DNA of 63,903 nucleotides, the filler included, from Collodictyon triciliatum (lineage: Eukaryota): the NCBI GenBank assembly GCA_043381765.1. It is 5 parts of 5 records of this genome, joined end to end, with 100 filler letters (N's around TTAATTAATTAA, not from the genome) between each part and the next. Parts side by side here need not be neighbours in the genome. Positions count along the whole stretch, not along the records: positions 1 to 23,098 come from JBHJMP010000531.1; positions 23,199 to 29,417 come from JBHJMP010000535.1; 3 more parts are not named here. One strand, 5' to 3'. Positions 12,843 to 24,258 of the stretch are shown one piece after another. Below the pieces are notes generated by a model, which saw only the letters and a program-made list of their open reading frames with translations, made no database searches and was not told the DNA's origin. Position numbers and translations under genes: made by a program. Position 1 is the first letter of the stretch. Each line of letters starts with the position of its first letter.

Positions 12843-14981
12843 CTAGACATCGACGGGGAAGGCGACGCTGGACCACGGTTTGCAGTCGGGGGCGCGGGGC
12901 GGGGCGGGTTGGCTGCGCATGTGGGAGACGAAGTTGTGGACGATGGCGGAGGACGTGGCGGTGGCGGTGACGGCCTGCAACTGGCAGACGCGGGCCAGCG
13001 CCTCGATCAGCTTTTCGGCCAGGGCGTGGACCTGCTGCATGCCGGGCTCAGAACCAGCACCGGGGCTGCAAAGTGTCGAAGATGCAGGACGGGCCGTGGC
13101 TGTGGCTGTGGCTGTGGCCGCGTCTGTGGCTGTGGCTGTGGCTGTGCTGAAGCGGAGATTAAGGTCCAGGTCGAGGTCGAAGTCGGGCGCGGGGTCGGAG
13201 ATGGGGGCGGAGATGGGCTCCTCCTTGAGGGCGTCTGTGGACAGCGCGTCATCGGGCGTGTAGAGCCTGTCGAGCCCCAGTCCGGCCAGCGACCTGGCGA
13301 TCGAGTCCTGCCCGGGTGAGCGGGTGCCTCCCCCGCTGGGCCCGTGTCTGTGTGCGGGGTTGCTGGGGCGGGAGTCGGACTGCATCGCGTCCCACCAGGG
13401 CTGATCAAAGCGCAGCGGGTCGTCGCCGAAGGCTGCCCCGTGGGTCGCGTGCCCCAGGAACGGGGAGATGGTGCGGTGGCCGAGGTGTGCGCCGGGGCTG
13501 CTGTCTGCTGTGTATGTGCCCAGGGGGAGCGAGAAGAGCGGCGGCGACTCGCACAGGGACAGGCTGTTGCTGCCGGCCCATGGCTGTGAGGGCCCCGGCG
13601 TGCCCTCCAGCAGCGAGAAGAAGCTGCGCTCGTCGGCGGGGCCGGTGGCGCTGCCGTGGCCGGGCGATGGGGTCGCTTCGGGGCTGCTCTCGGCGCCTAG
13701 GTATTTCTGCATGATGGCTCCGGTCTCGCTCACATCTGCTGGTGCCGAGGCGCCTTGTGAGTAAGCGTGTCTGTGCGCGTTTGTGTGGGGGGACTGTGTG
13801 TATTGGAGTGGGGCGGGGTGAGCGGGCGGGGACAAACCAAGTGGTTGGGAGGCGAGGCGTCGCTTCTTGGACTCAGGAAGCAGCCCGGGTGTGATGGTGC
13901 ACACGTACTTGGCCAGGGTACTGAGATCCTTCTGGAGTGTTTCTTCAGAGTGGCGGGAGTCGGCAAGCTTTTGTCGCAGGTCGCGGACAGTCTCTTGTAG
14001 ATCCTATGGAGTGTAAATCAGAAGGGGGTCCTTGGAGTTTCGTAAAACCCCGTCTTGGGTTAATTATTATTATAATTCTTATTCGTATCCCCTTTTCTCG
14101 TATAGTGCAAAATGTGGGCATGTTGGCTTCTCTTTTTTTTTTTTTTTTGTGGGGCTTGGTCAAGTGCTAAAGGATTGAGTTGCCCACCTGGATTTTTTCT
14201 TCGAGGCTCTTCACAGACGTGGACAGCTGGTTTTTCTCTGAAGAGAGTTCTGCCACCTTGGTGCGACTAACTGGAGAGGTGATAGGTCAGCAGCAGGAAG
14301 TAGTAGGTTGTAGAGGGCAAGTGATATGTGTGCCAGCTGGAAGTGTACCTGTACACTAAACAAGTTCTAAAGAAATCAGGCAGGGCTGTACCTGTCTCGG
14401 AAGACACTTTTCGCTTGATGTCGATCAGGGCTTCGCGGTCTCCTCTCTTGAACTTAGGATGTGAGAAGATCCAGACACCGGGGTCAGCCGATGACTATTG
14501 GGAGAGAAGTGTAAGGCGCCTGAGAGAACCAAAGGCATGCTTATAGTGTATGGCAATGACAGGTCAGGGACTTCATAGTGTTAAGCAGACGATTCGAAAG
14601 AACAGTTCACGTGCCGACACAGAAGAGTCGCTCAACGAGGAGGTTTGGGAAAGAATGTCACACCTGTTTGTGGAAGCCGTAGATGTTAAGCTGTCGCACA
14701 AAACTCGTGATGTTTTTGTGTTTGAAGTAGACAGGGAGGATGTCTCTGGCCAGAGCAGCGGGGTTCTTGACTAGGAACGAGTCGCCTCGCTCCCCCCAGC
14801 AGACAGTCTCACTGTAGCGTGGGTTGCAGAGGAAGTCGTATGTTTGGAAAAGGAACGTGTTGTACAGCCGGCCTTTGCCTTCCGGTGTGTCTCGCATCGG
14901 TGCCGGCTCGGGCGTGTATAGGCGGCTGGTTGTTGGTGTTTGGGGTGTGGGCGGGTGTATGTTGCTCATGGCGATAGACAT
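12843..14981 (-). CDS. Heat shock factor (HSF-type DNA-binding domain) transcription factor, 4 exons
   Basis: FLFQTYDFLCNPRYSETVCWGERGDSFLVKNPAALARDILPVYFKHKNITSFVRQLNIYGFHK, then spliced WIFSHPKFKRGDREALIDIKRK, matches the HSF DBD. A heptad coiled-coil and a Ser/Pro/acidic tail follow, to TAG at 12843. GT-AG introns are in phase. Start is 14981 or 14969. Confidence 0.9.
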
Positions 14982-15314
14982 GTCTCTTGCTCGTCCGCGC
15001 GTCTAACGATGGTCTTGTAACTAGTGGTGCTGTTACCAAAAGAGTCGTGATTAATACGTGGCCACATCGGCAGAAGCTTTTTAGCAGCTGTTGGTCTCTC
15101 TTCAACCCAGTGCTGACCCATTTCATGGTTGATTTGTGGGTTTCGCGACTTCGGCCGGCTCTCGCGTCTGCTCTCAGAATCGATCCCTTCGATTCTGTTG
15201 ATGTGATTTCCCCTTGCCCGAAGCCTTGCTTATCTGCGGTTTGTGTGACCTGGCGTCTCAGCCTTTTGCGAGAACTATCAATTCTATGATCTACAAGATT
15301 GTACATAGCTGTTC

Positions 15315-15322
15315 TTTATATA
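15315..15322 (-). promoter_or_regulatory. TATA box (TATATAAA) upstream of the HSF gene
   Basis: Minus-strand TATATAAA ~335 bp upstream of the ATG and ~155 bp downstream of the HSE. Confidence 0.5.
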
Positions 15323-15475
15323 CCTTAGTATTTACTCCAGGCTCATTCTTCTGATTGAGCGCACTCCAGATTTGGGAGATTCAAATGTGATTTTTCTGAA
15401 TCAGGATTTCCGCGAAAATGGTCATATGCCCACCTCGGAAGTGCGAGCATTTTGTTGGCCGGTTGCGCCCTTTCG

Positions 15476-15515
15476 CTTCCAGAACCTTCCCGCGCTGTCC
15501 AGAATATTCCAGATT
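15476..15515. promoter_or_regulatory. Heat shock element (alternating nGAAn/nTTCn array)
   Basis: TTC(15477) GAA(15482) TTC(15487) gcg GTC(15497) GAA(15502) TTC(15507) GAT(15512): 5 perfect and 2 near-perfect units in exact 5-bp phase. Confidence 0.7.
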
Positions 15516-16373
15516 GTTGTGGAGTCTTCTTGACCTGTCCTGGTACAGAAACGGTATGATAAAGCGCTGTTTTTTGACTTTGATTCCATCCTCCCCTTCG
15601 CCGCGCGTTGCACAATGTAGGTTTTTTTTTCTAATTTTCTTTTTTCCTGTCGAGAGAAGGCGATGTGGGATATCATTTGTTGCTGTTGTTCCAGGCAGCA
15701 GCGCGGATGGCAAACAATCAGCGGAAAGAAGAGACAAAGCAAATTTTATTTCTGGAAACTATATATATTCTGGTAATTTTATTCACGGTGGAGAAAAATA
15801 CCAGTTCATTGTTAAATTTACATACATTAAATGTACACTATATTGATTTATACATAAATGCTTCAAGTCCAAATGCGGAAGTGCTGCAGCCGTTATCTCG
15901 CCAACAACGTAACGGAATCGCGAACTATGTACAAATGTGGAATATATGGCGGTGAATTGGCGAGGTTTGGATTAAACCCAGATGAAGCCGATGTGCTTGG
16001 TCGGCTCTGTTTCGCGGATTCTGCAAAGGAAGGCCGCGCGCGACAAGGATCGAGACAGTTTGCATAGGAGAAAACTAGTATCGCGTCGCCTCATATATTA
16101 TGCTTCTTATTTGCACCTTATGTGCACATACTACTGAATGTCTTTTTTTTTTTTTTAACAAGAATAAAGGGCATTTATTTCGCTGTGATCTGTCGAAATC
16201 CTGGCCGACAATATGCTTCTTGGATGTTCCTTTATTTTCTTTCGTCAAGGGATAGAACTAGACAATAGCCTTTTTTCTTTCCTTTCGCACCACTATGATA
16301 GATGGCTTCTGTCCTTGTACTGAGACCTTTATTTTTTTCTTTTCTGTCCCCTCTTCGGCTTTACCTGGGAAGG

Positions 16374-19300
16374 ATGGAGTCGCTGCGTGTGGTTGTTAAT
16401 GCCGACAAGGATCGATTTGACCTCATGTTCGAAAGCCATGGCCACGGGGAAGAGCACGGCAGACTCACAGAATACCTTGAGGTAATGGATACTTTCCTCT
16501 TTTCTTTATTCATTCGGCTTTCACTCCACAAGCACAATGGTTTGAACCATTAAAAAAGAAAAGAAAAAAGAGGCAGTTACATACATTCTACTTGTCTATT
16601 TCCCCCGACTCAACGCACTGTCCTCGGTCGATCCGAATCACCACTTTTTTATGCTGACAAATTGAGTTTATATATATTTTACAAGCTCAGTATATATCAA
16701 CAGAGTTCGGTTGAAAACAAGACTAAATACTCGAAGCAGAATACAAGGACAGAAGTAACCTAACGAACAAGCTACCTATCAATAACTTATCTTTCAAATG
16801 TAGTGGGCTTCAAAAACGGCCCAGGATTGCTTTCAGGATGGAACGAGCCTTCCTCGCAATGTGGCTGGAGAGCTTGAAAATCTGGTCGGAATCGGGGCCA
16901 AGTGCCGTGTTGCACTGGACGAGGCCTCAAAGAAGAAAATGTTTCGGCCAGGGTCAAGCCTGAAGACACGCAGAAAAAAGATAGAGACTTACGTCCAAGA
17001 AATACACAGCGCGTTTCAGATTCTGGGTGCGGCCATGGATCAGGTTTGACTGGGTAGATAGATTCATTAAAGAAAAATATTTGTATTGTATTGAGGTGTA
17101 TAGATTAAAGCAGATTGAGATTATTATATATCATTTAGCCGCATTGTTTATTTTATATTATTCTGAATTGAATTGCAATGTATCGCCCTTTTCCGTTTGT
17201 AATTCATTTTATCCAAAAAAAGGAATACCAAAAAAAGCACCCCCTTTCCGAACATGATGACTTTATCAAACGAACCAAAAAAATTTGCATATTCGAAAGT
17301 GACATTAAATATGCGATCATCTCATATTATCTCCTCGTTTTGTGATAACAGGTTTGATACTTTAAATATTAGGCTCAAACCCGCGGAAAATCACCGTCCA
17401 TAGCAAGTGGGACCCGTGGAGATTTCAATCAAATTGAATTTTCGAGTCTCATATTCATGACAGAGGTATCTATGAAAGTTTTTTTCATCGAATTATTTTA
17501 TATGTATTCATCATAAAAATTTCAAAAGCATACACATCAGACTAGCATGTTTTTTTTTTTATGAATTCTCTAAAGCACATCGAAAACATTCTTATATGTA
17601 ATGAGCAAATTTGAATTACATTCATTGCTCAAAGCCATTCCCCATCAAGCTCTTCTCCATCATGTCAAATAAACTGAAAAGAACCCGAAAAAATTACATA
17701 CATGGCTCCTTTTTACAACATTCATTTCAATATTCTGTAAAATAGCTAAGAACCGGAGAATCAAGTATTCTGTACGAAGGTGTTTACAAAGGAAATAAAG
17801 TAGCAATAAAAAAGCTCACATGTTTTGTAAACGAGGAGCTTCTTGAACTCATGAAAAGAGAGGCTCGAGTCAGATCTTTTTCCTTTCAAAATCACTATAT
17901 CGTAATATTATCAATGCTGAGACTTATAATTTTCGATTCTGATGTTGGGCTAATGCTTAAACTTTTCTTCGATTCTAATAGCAATATCAAACCTAGATGT
18001 CTTTTACACTCAAGCACCCTTGTATCGCCCATCTTTATGGGGTCTGTGTAGAGAATGACAACTACTGTTTTGTAACCGAACTCATGGACAAAACGAGTCT
18101 TCGAGAAATGATAAAATCAGGAATTGTAAGTTTTGTTCAATCTAATGGAGGAACATTAACCAATATGATGATGCTGTTTCATGGGTTTTATTTATTTTTC
18201 ATTTACATTCGGCACAACATCATAAGGAGCACACGCCCTGGGTTCGTAGGTTAACTATACTGAAAGAAGCTGCTCAGGCTATGAAATTCCTACACAGCCG
18301 GAATATCTTGTTTCACAATCTGAATTCTTCATTCATATTGATCAATTCCAAGAACGAGGTCTGTTCGAACCAGATTTATATTACCGCCACACGTTATTTT
18401 ATATTGAAAATAGCAAGACTCAGTTCTGACAATCCATTGAGGTTTTTTTATGCAGGCTTTCTGGATTCTGTCCAACACATTTATTTATTATTTATTTACT
18501 ATTATGATATCATTTATCGTATTTTTCTATTATACCAGGTGAAGCTCAGTTATTTTGGCGCAAACGTAAGTAAAGAGAGCACTTTCTTATTTCCAGCCTT
18601 AAACACGATCAACCTGAAAGCTAATGAAGAGCGATCGACACATGGACGAGCGGCAGAAGAAAGGAAGGGAATGATGATTGATGTTCTTCGCTTCGGAATT
18701 ATTCTGTGGGAAACTTGGACTTCCAAGGTAATTATTTTCAGTCGATACAAAAAATCATTGTGCTTTAACCATTATTTATTTTGTGGCATAAAGAACGCAT
18801 GAAATTATACCTCTTCGCCACGCTCTATCCAACAAAGGAAAAGAAAAGAAAAGAAAAGTCACTAAAATAAGGAAAATATCGATACAGCTATTTTACGATC
18901 TAAGCCCTGCTGAGCGTGAAAAAGTTATATCTCTTGAAGATATATCTCTTTATCAGCTCAAAAGAAATCTACCACCCCAAGGATACGACTCGATCCTGCG
19001 CTCATGTTTTACTCAGTCTCCTCAGGAATGTCCCGACTTTACGCTTATTTTGGAATCTTTAACACAGATAGCCGACGAAACGTCAGGTAGTCGAATGATT
19101 CATAAATGCAGATAATTGATATACATATAGAATGGCCAATCTTTTCCTTTTTCCTTTTTCCTTTTTCCTTTTTCTTTTTTCCTTTTTCCTTTTTCTTTTT
19201 CTTTTTCCTTTTTTTTTTTTATGTAAAATATGAACCTTTTTAACTGGGAGCATCGCCTATGCCATTAAAATGATCTTTAATGACTTTATCATTGCATTTC

Positions 19301-22300
19301 CCATAATCGTTTTCGATTTCCAAACACATGTAAATAATCGCTCATATGTCAGCTGTAAAAATTACCCCACTTTCAATCGCCCTTTTCCTTTTCGTAATAT
19401 TTTTTGAAATAAAATTAATCAAAAAGACACTTCATCTGCCCCGTCCCGAACCCCTGGAATAAGTCCATCGGTGTCTTCATATGCCCTGGCTGCAACAACT
19501 CGATTGTCTCCTCCTGAAACCCCTCATGTGGAAGTGATTAAAGCGCTCGACCATGCCATAGGAAACATGGCTGAAAAGAAGCTTGACCAAGCACAAATGC
19601 TGCTGCAGGATTTAGTTGGTTCCCATGGTAACCACGTTGCTGGATTGATTATACTGAGACTTCTCTATCAACACCATCCGTCTGTTATTCCTCTTCCAAG
19701 AGCAAAAGATATTTGTGAGGATATTGTGAATCGCGCCCAAGCATGCTCTCCTGAAAAGAAACAAGAGTCGAAGGAAATATTGGATAATTTCTTTGCAGAG
19801 AGTAAAGGCTGCAAAACAAACAAGGACTCTCTCACAGTAGTGATTTATGGACAGTATCTGGAATGCATAGTGAATGACCCACAAGGAAGCTTTGAGTGCT
19901 ATTTACTCGCCGCAAAAAGTGGATCTGCTTATGGGCAGAACGAAGTCGGACTATGTTACACAATCGGATACGGTGTTCATCAGAGCTTTGTGGAAGCGTT
20001 CATGTGGTTTCAGAAGGCTGGAGAGCAAGGAGATGCAGACGCGTTGAACAATATAGGAAACTGCTACTACAATGGAAAGGGTGTAGCCACAAGTTATCCA
20101 GATTCTGTAGAGTATTATTCAAAAGCAGCAGAGCTCGGACATGGGACAGCTATCAACAATCTTGGATTCTGCGCTGAAACTGGGTTTGGGATGGAAAAAG
20201 ATGTCAAAGCAGCATTCAAGTACTATCTCAAATCTGCTGATTATGGCATAGGAAATGCACAGAATGATGTTGGAAATTGCTTTATGAAAGGAACAGGGAC
20301 AGAAAAAAATCCGCAACAGGCCGTGGCGTGGTACAAAAAAGCTGCTGAACAAAAACACCCGGACGGGTCGTTCAACTTTGCCAACTGTTTGGAAAATGGT
20401 ACTGGAATACAAAAATCCATCACAGATGCAGTCAAATATTACAAGGTTTCCTGTGCGGCATCCTATGCCCCTGCCTTATTCCGATTGGCCAAACTCTATC
20501 TCACAGAAGAAAGCCTGGGTATGAAGGCACACGACGCTATAAAATTACTAAAGAAATCTGCATCTCAAGGATATGGAGAGGCGGTGTATGAACTAGGACG
20601 GTGCTTTGAAGATGGCATTGGAGTTACAAAGAGCGCGCCGGATGCACTGAAGTGGATTAAACGTGCCTCTGAACTTGAAGTTCCTGCCGCTCAATTCCAT
20701 TTGGGCGGGATGCATGAATCTGGGACGGGAGGTCTTGTACAGAACTATGCGGAGGCATACAAGCTTTTCCGTCGGTCAGCAGAACACGGATACGGAGATG
20801 CCCAAAGCAAGGTCGGAAGCTACTACCGAGATGGGCGTGTTGTGCAGCAGAATCTTCGAGAAGCCATCAAATGGTACGAGGCCGGAGCTAAGCAAGGAAA
20901 TTCGAATGCGCAATACAACCTTGGATGCTGCTACGAAAAGGGCCAAGGCGTCCCGCAGTCTTACGAAAAGGCGTTTGAGTACTATCGACTTTCTGCCGAT
21001 CAAGGCAACTACCGCGGAGAAAACAATTTAGGATACTGCTATAAAAATGGACGTGGGGCCAGAGCTGATGCTGCTGAAGCTGTGCGATGGTACACAAAAT
21101 CAGCTGAGAAGGGATACGCTGTGGCACAAAACAATCTTGGGAGTTGCTTCTACTTTGGTCACGGAGTTTCACGGGATTTCGATAAGGCCATAGAATGGTT
21201 TACGAAAGCAGCAGAGAAAGGAAACCACGGAGCTCAATATAACCTGGGAGTGAGCTATGCGAAAGGACGGGGAGTTCCCTGTGACCTTGGCAAGGCACTC
21301 GAATGGTTTGCAAGAGCTGCGGAGCAAGGAAACCCGGATGCTCAATACAACTTGGGAATCTGCTATGCTAGTGGGCAGGGCGTAGTAAAGAACTCAACAG
21401 AGGCCTGCAAGTGGTTCACAAAGGCTGCGGAGCAAGGAAATGCAGATGCCCAAAACAACCTTGGAATGTGCTATGAGCGAGGGGATGGCACCTTTCATAG
21501 CACAGACGAGGCCATTAAGTGGTACAGAAAAGCAGCAGAGCAGAATAATATCCAAGCACAGTATAATCTCGCGCTATGCTATACAATCTACATGGAGGAC
21601 GAAGCGCTACACAAGGAGGCGATCTATTGGTTCAAGAAGGCAGCGGCGAGCGGGGAATGCAACGCGCAGTACAATCTGGGAGTGTGTTATGCAAGCGGGC
21701 GTGGAGTTGACAAGAACGTGGGAGAGTCTGTGAATTGGTTTATGAAGGCAGCAGAGCAAAACCACCCAGATGCACAGTTCAACCTCGGATGCTGCTTTGC
21801 GCAAGGGAAAGGTATTGCACGAGACTACAAAGAGGCAGTGCGGTGGTTCAAGAAAGCGGCTGAGTCTGGAGACCCAAACTCCCTCTACAATCTGGGCATT
21901 TGTTACGCAAGCGGCAAAGGCACGGAGCAGAATCTGGCAGAGGCCATGAAGTGCTATCGCGGGGCTGCTCAGCAAGGCCATCTCGAGGCGCAAAGCAGCC
22001 TCGGCTTGTGTCTCTTCAAGGGCCGCGGAACGCCACAGAACTTTGAAGAAGCTGTGCGCTGGTTCAAGAAAGCAGGAGAGAAAGGCAACGCGACTGGTCA
22101 GGCGTACTACGGCTTTTGTCTTGAAAATGGCCATGGAATCCAAGACAATCGGCGCGAGGCAGTTCGCTGGTACCGGATGGCCGCGGCGCAAGGCAATGAG
22201 TTTGCAAAGACGCAGCTTGCAAAGTTGGGCGAGTCTGTTGCACCTCCCAATCACCATCCTCATCACAGCAACAATCACAACCACAGCCAGCAGCAGGCCG

Positions 22301-22350
22301 CTGGGGATGGAGACTTCCGCCCGATTCCTGGGCTTGGGCGGCTCTTCTAA
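16374..22350 (+). CDS. N-terminal helical bundle + pseudokinase + ~21 Sel1-like repeats, multi-exon
   Basis: ATG 16374. In-phase GT-AG splicing links exons encoding LYEGVYKGNKVAIKKL, LKHPCIAHLYGVC, FLHSRNILFHNLNSSFIL, VKLSYFG and DVLRFGIILWE to the exon 19427-22350. That exon encodes 36-aa AQxNLGxCYxxGxGVxxxxxEAxxWxxKAAEQG repeats. Confidence 0.85.
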
Positions 22351-22736
22351 GTCCGGATTCACCCTCTCCTTTTTGGTTTTGTCTTCTTTTCTTTTTTTTT
22401 TTTCCTACGCCTCCTGACTATCTATCATTTCCCTTCTCTACTTTCTTCCCATCCTTGTTTTAATATATTCTAAGTGCATATTCATGAAGTTGTGACAGGA
22501 GGCTGTCCTGATGGGTGTTTGAACTTTGTTTTCTCAGTTTATCTCGTTAATTGGGGCTGAGCCAAGGAGAGATGCAACTGTCACGCTTCGGAATCGTGAT
22601 GAGTGCTGCGCCTGAACCCCTCTTTTCTTTTTATCTTTTATCTCGAGTGTTTTAAAGGAACAGATACACGCGTGCATTGCAAGTAGCAGTCAGTTCTTCT
22701 GTTTCAAACGCTGGCGCAGAAAACCTCCTGAGTTAC

Positions 22737-23098
22737 ATGAAAGTCTAGGAAACCCGAGCAAGGAAGCCGCCTACAAGTCTGTCTGATCGGACAGTATTTT
22801 TGCACGGGGTCGAGCAAGTCGTTTACGACAAGAACAAGGCCCGCAGACTCACAGATGTGCTCGCCTCCTTCTTGAAAGCGAACAAAATTTGCGAAGAGTC
22901 CATCCAACTGCGCTTACCGGACAGCGAAGGTATTTGCCTGATCGCCTTCCGCACTGCAGAAAACGCCCGAAAGCTTGTGGAGCTGAAGCAGGTAAGTTTG
23001 ATCGATATTACGATCAGCTTCAGCAGAAGTAAACCAACAGAGACCTCGGTGATGCTCTACCAACTACCGCTGGACGTGTGGCCGCAACTCCTTCGTGA
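22737..23098 (+). mobile_element. Probable non-LTR retrotransposon (L1/Tx1-like) ORF1 relic, cut by a gap
   Basis: Intronless frame ...CLIAFRTAENARKLVELKQVSLIDITISFSRSKPTETSVMLYQLPLDV resembles the RRM-like N-terminus of L1-clade ORF1p. In-frame TAG at 22746 just after ATG 22737. No RT or endonuclease visible. Confidence 0.45.
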
Positions 23099-23198
23099 NN
23101 NNNNNNNNNNNNNNNNNNNNNNNNNNNNNNNNNNNNNNNNNNTTAATTAATTAANNNNNNNNNNNNNNNNNNNNNNNNNNNNNNNNNNNNNNNNNNNN
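23099..23198. other. Artificial linker N44-TTAATTAATTAA-N44
   Basis: 12-mer with stops in all six frames, centred in exactly 100 nt. Confidence 0.95.
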
Positions 23199-23310
23199 AC
23201 ATACATACATACATACATACATACATACATACATACATACATACATACATACATACATACATACATACATACATACATACATACATACATACATACATGC
23301 ATACATATAC
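23199..23310. repeat. (TACA)n microsatellite
   Basis: Direct reading. Confidence 0.95.
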
Positions 23311-23970
23311 TATCCGATAGGTTGAGCGTGTTCTTCCCGACTCCATCAACCCCCAAGTCAATTACCCCAGACTCCACTGCAGAAGAGCTGGACTCGCCAC
23401 GCTCGTGTGGCTCGGCCACTCTGTGAACATGAAGAACCGCGCCCCCTCGACTTATCACGCAAAACCCAACAAACTCTGCAAATCACAGCGTGGGTAAATG
23501 TGGTGATCACACTGACAGAGGCAGACTTGAGAGGAACAATAAAAACAAACCCATGAATAAGAGTAAGTCTCTGATGCTGAGAAACTATTAACACTGAGAG
23601 ACAGAGAGTACATTCTCCAGAAAATAGTATTATTACAGTGGCGTTCTTTCCTCTCAACCCACCGCATCCCGAAGCCGGAAAAAACTGAAAAAAAAAACAA
23701 GCAAAAAAAAAAACAAGCAAGCAAGCGATTGGAAAGAGCGATCCCGAGAAGGAAGAGACCGGCGCCACAGCCCTGCCCCATGGAACGCCTACTGACCCCA
23801 CGCAAAAAGAGAAGGCCGACGCAGCCGACGCAGAGAGCGAAAAGGTCTCCTTACCACATCCCTTGCTACACAGGTTATGCACCGAGACACACCTACGATC
23901 AAGACGCCAGCTGCCATCGACCCGTGAGTGCAACAAACTAATAATAAGACGGAGCGAGCTCTTTGAAACA

Positions 23971-24048
<78 letters not shown>
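23971..24048. repeat. (AAT)n microsatellite
   Basis: Direct reading. Confidence 0.95.
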
Positions 24049-24050
<2 letters not shown>

Positions 24051-24258
24051 ACATAAAGGTGAATAAAAAAGACCGATCAAGCCCTAGCCAACGACCCACG
24101 GGTAGCAAGATAGGTATGAAAAAAAGCTCAGTATTAGTTGTTCTGATTAATTAATCCGGTTTTTTCTTTTTCTTTTTCTTTTTCTTTTCTTGTCTTTTCT
24201 TTCCTTCATTTCTTTTTTCATTTCTCATTCCTGATGCGAAGCACGGGTACTCTTGCTA

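Noticed and set aside
12553-14000. Many overlapping ORFs on both strands in the GC-rich region
   Set aside because: Shadow frames of the HSF last exon caused by low stop-codon density
21607-22362. 251-aa minus-strand ORF
   Set aside because: Antisense shadow of the Sel1 repeat exon with no independent motif
22484-22530. Hammerhead ribozyme or SECIS element
   Set aside because: The core is CTGATGG rather than CTGATGA and there is no GAAA; there is no apical AA loop, and the upstream gene has no in-frame TGA
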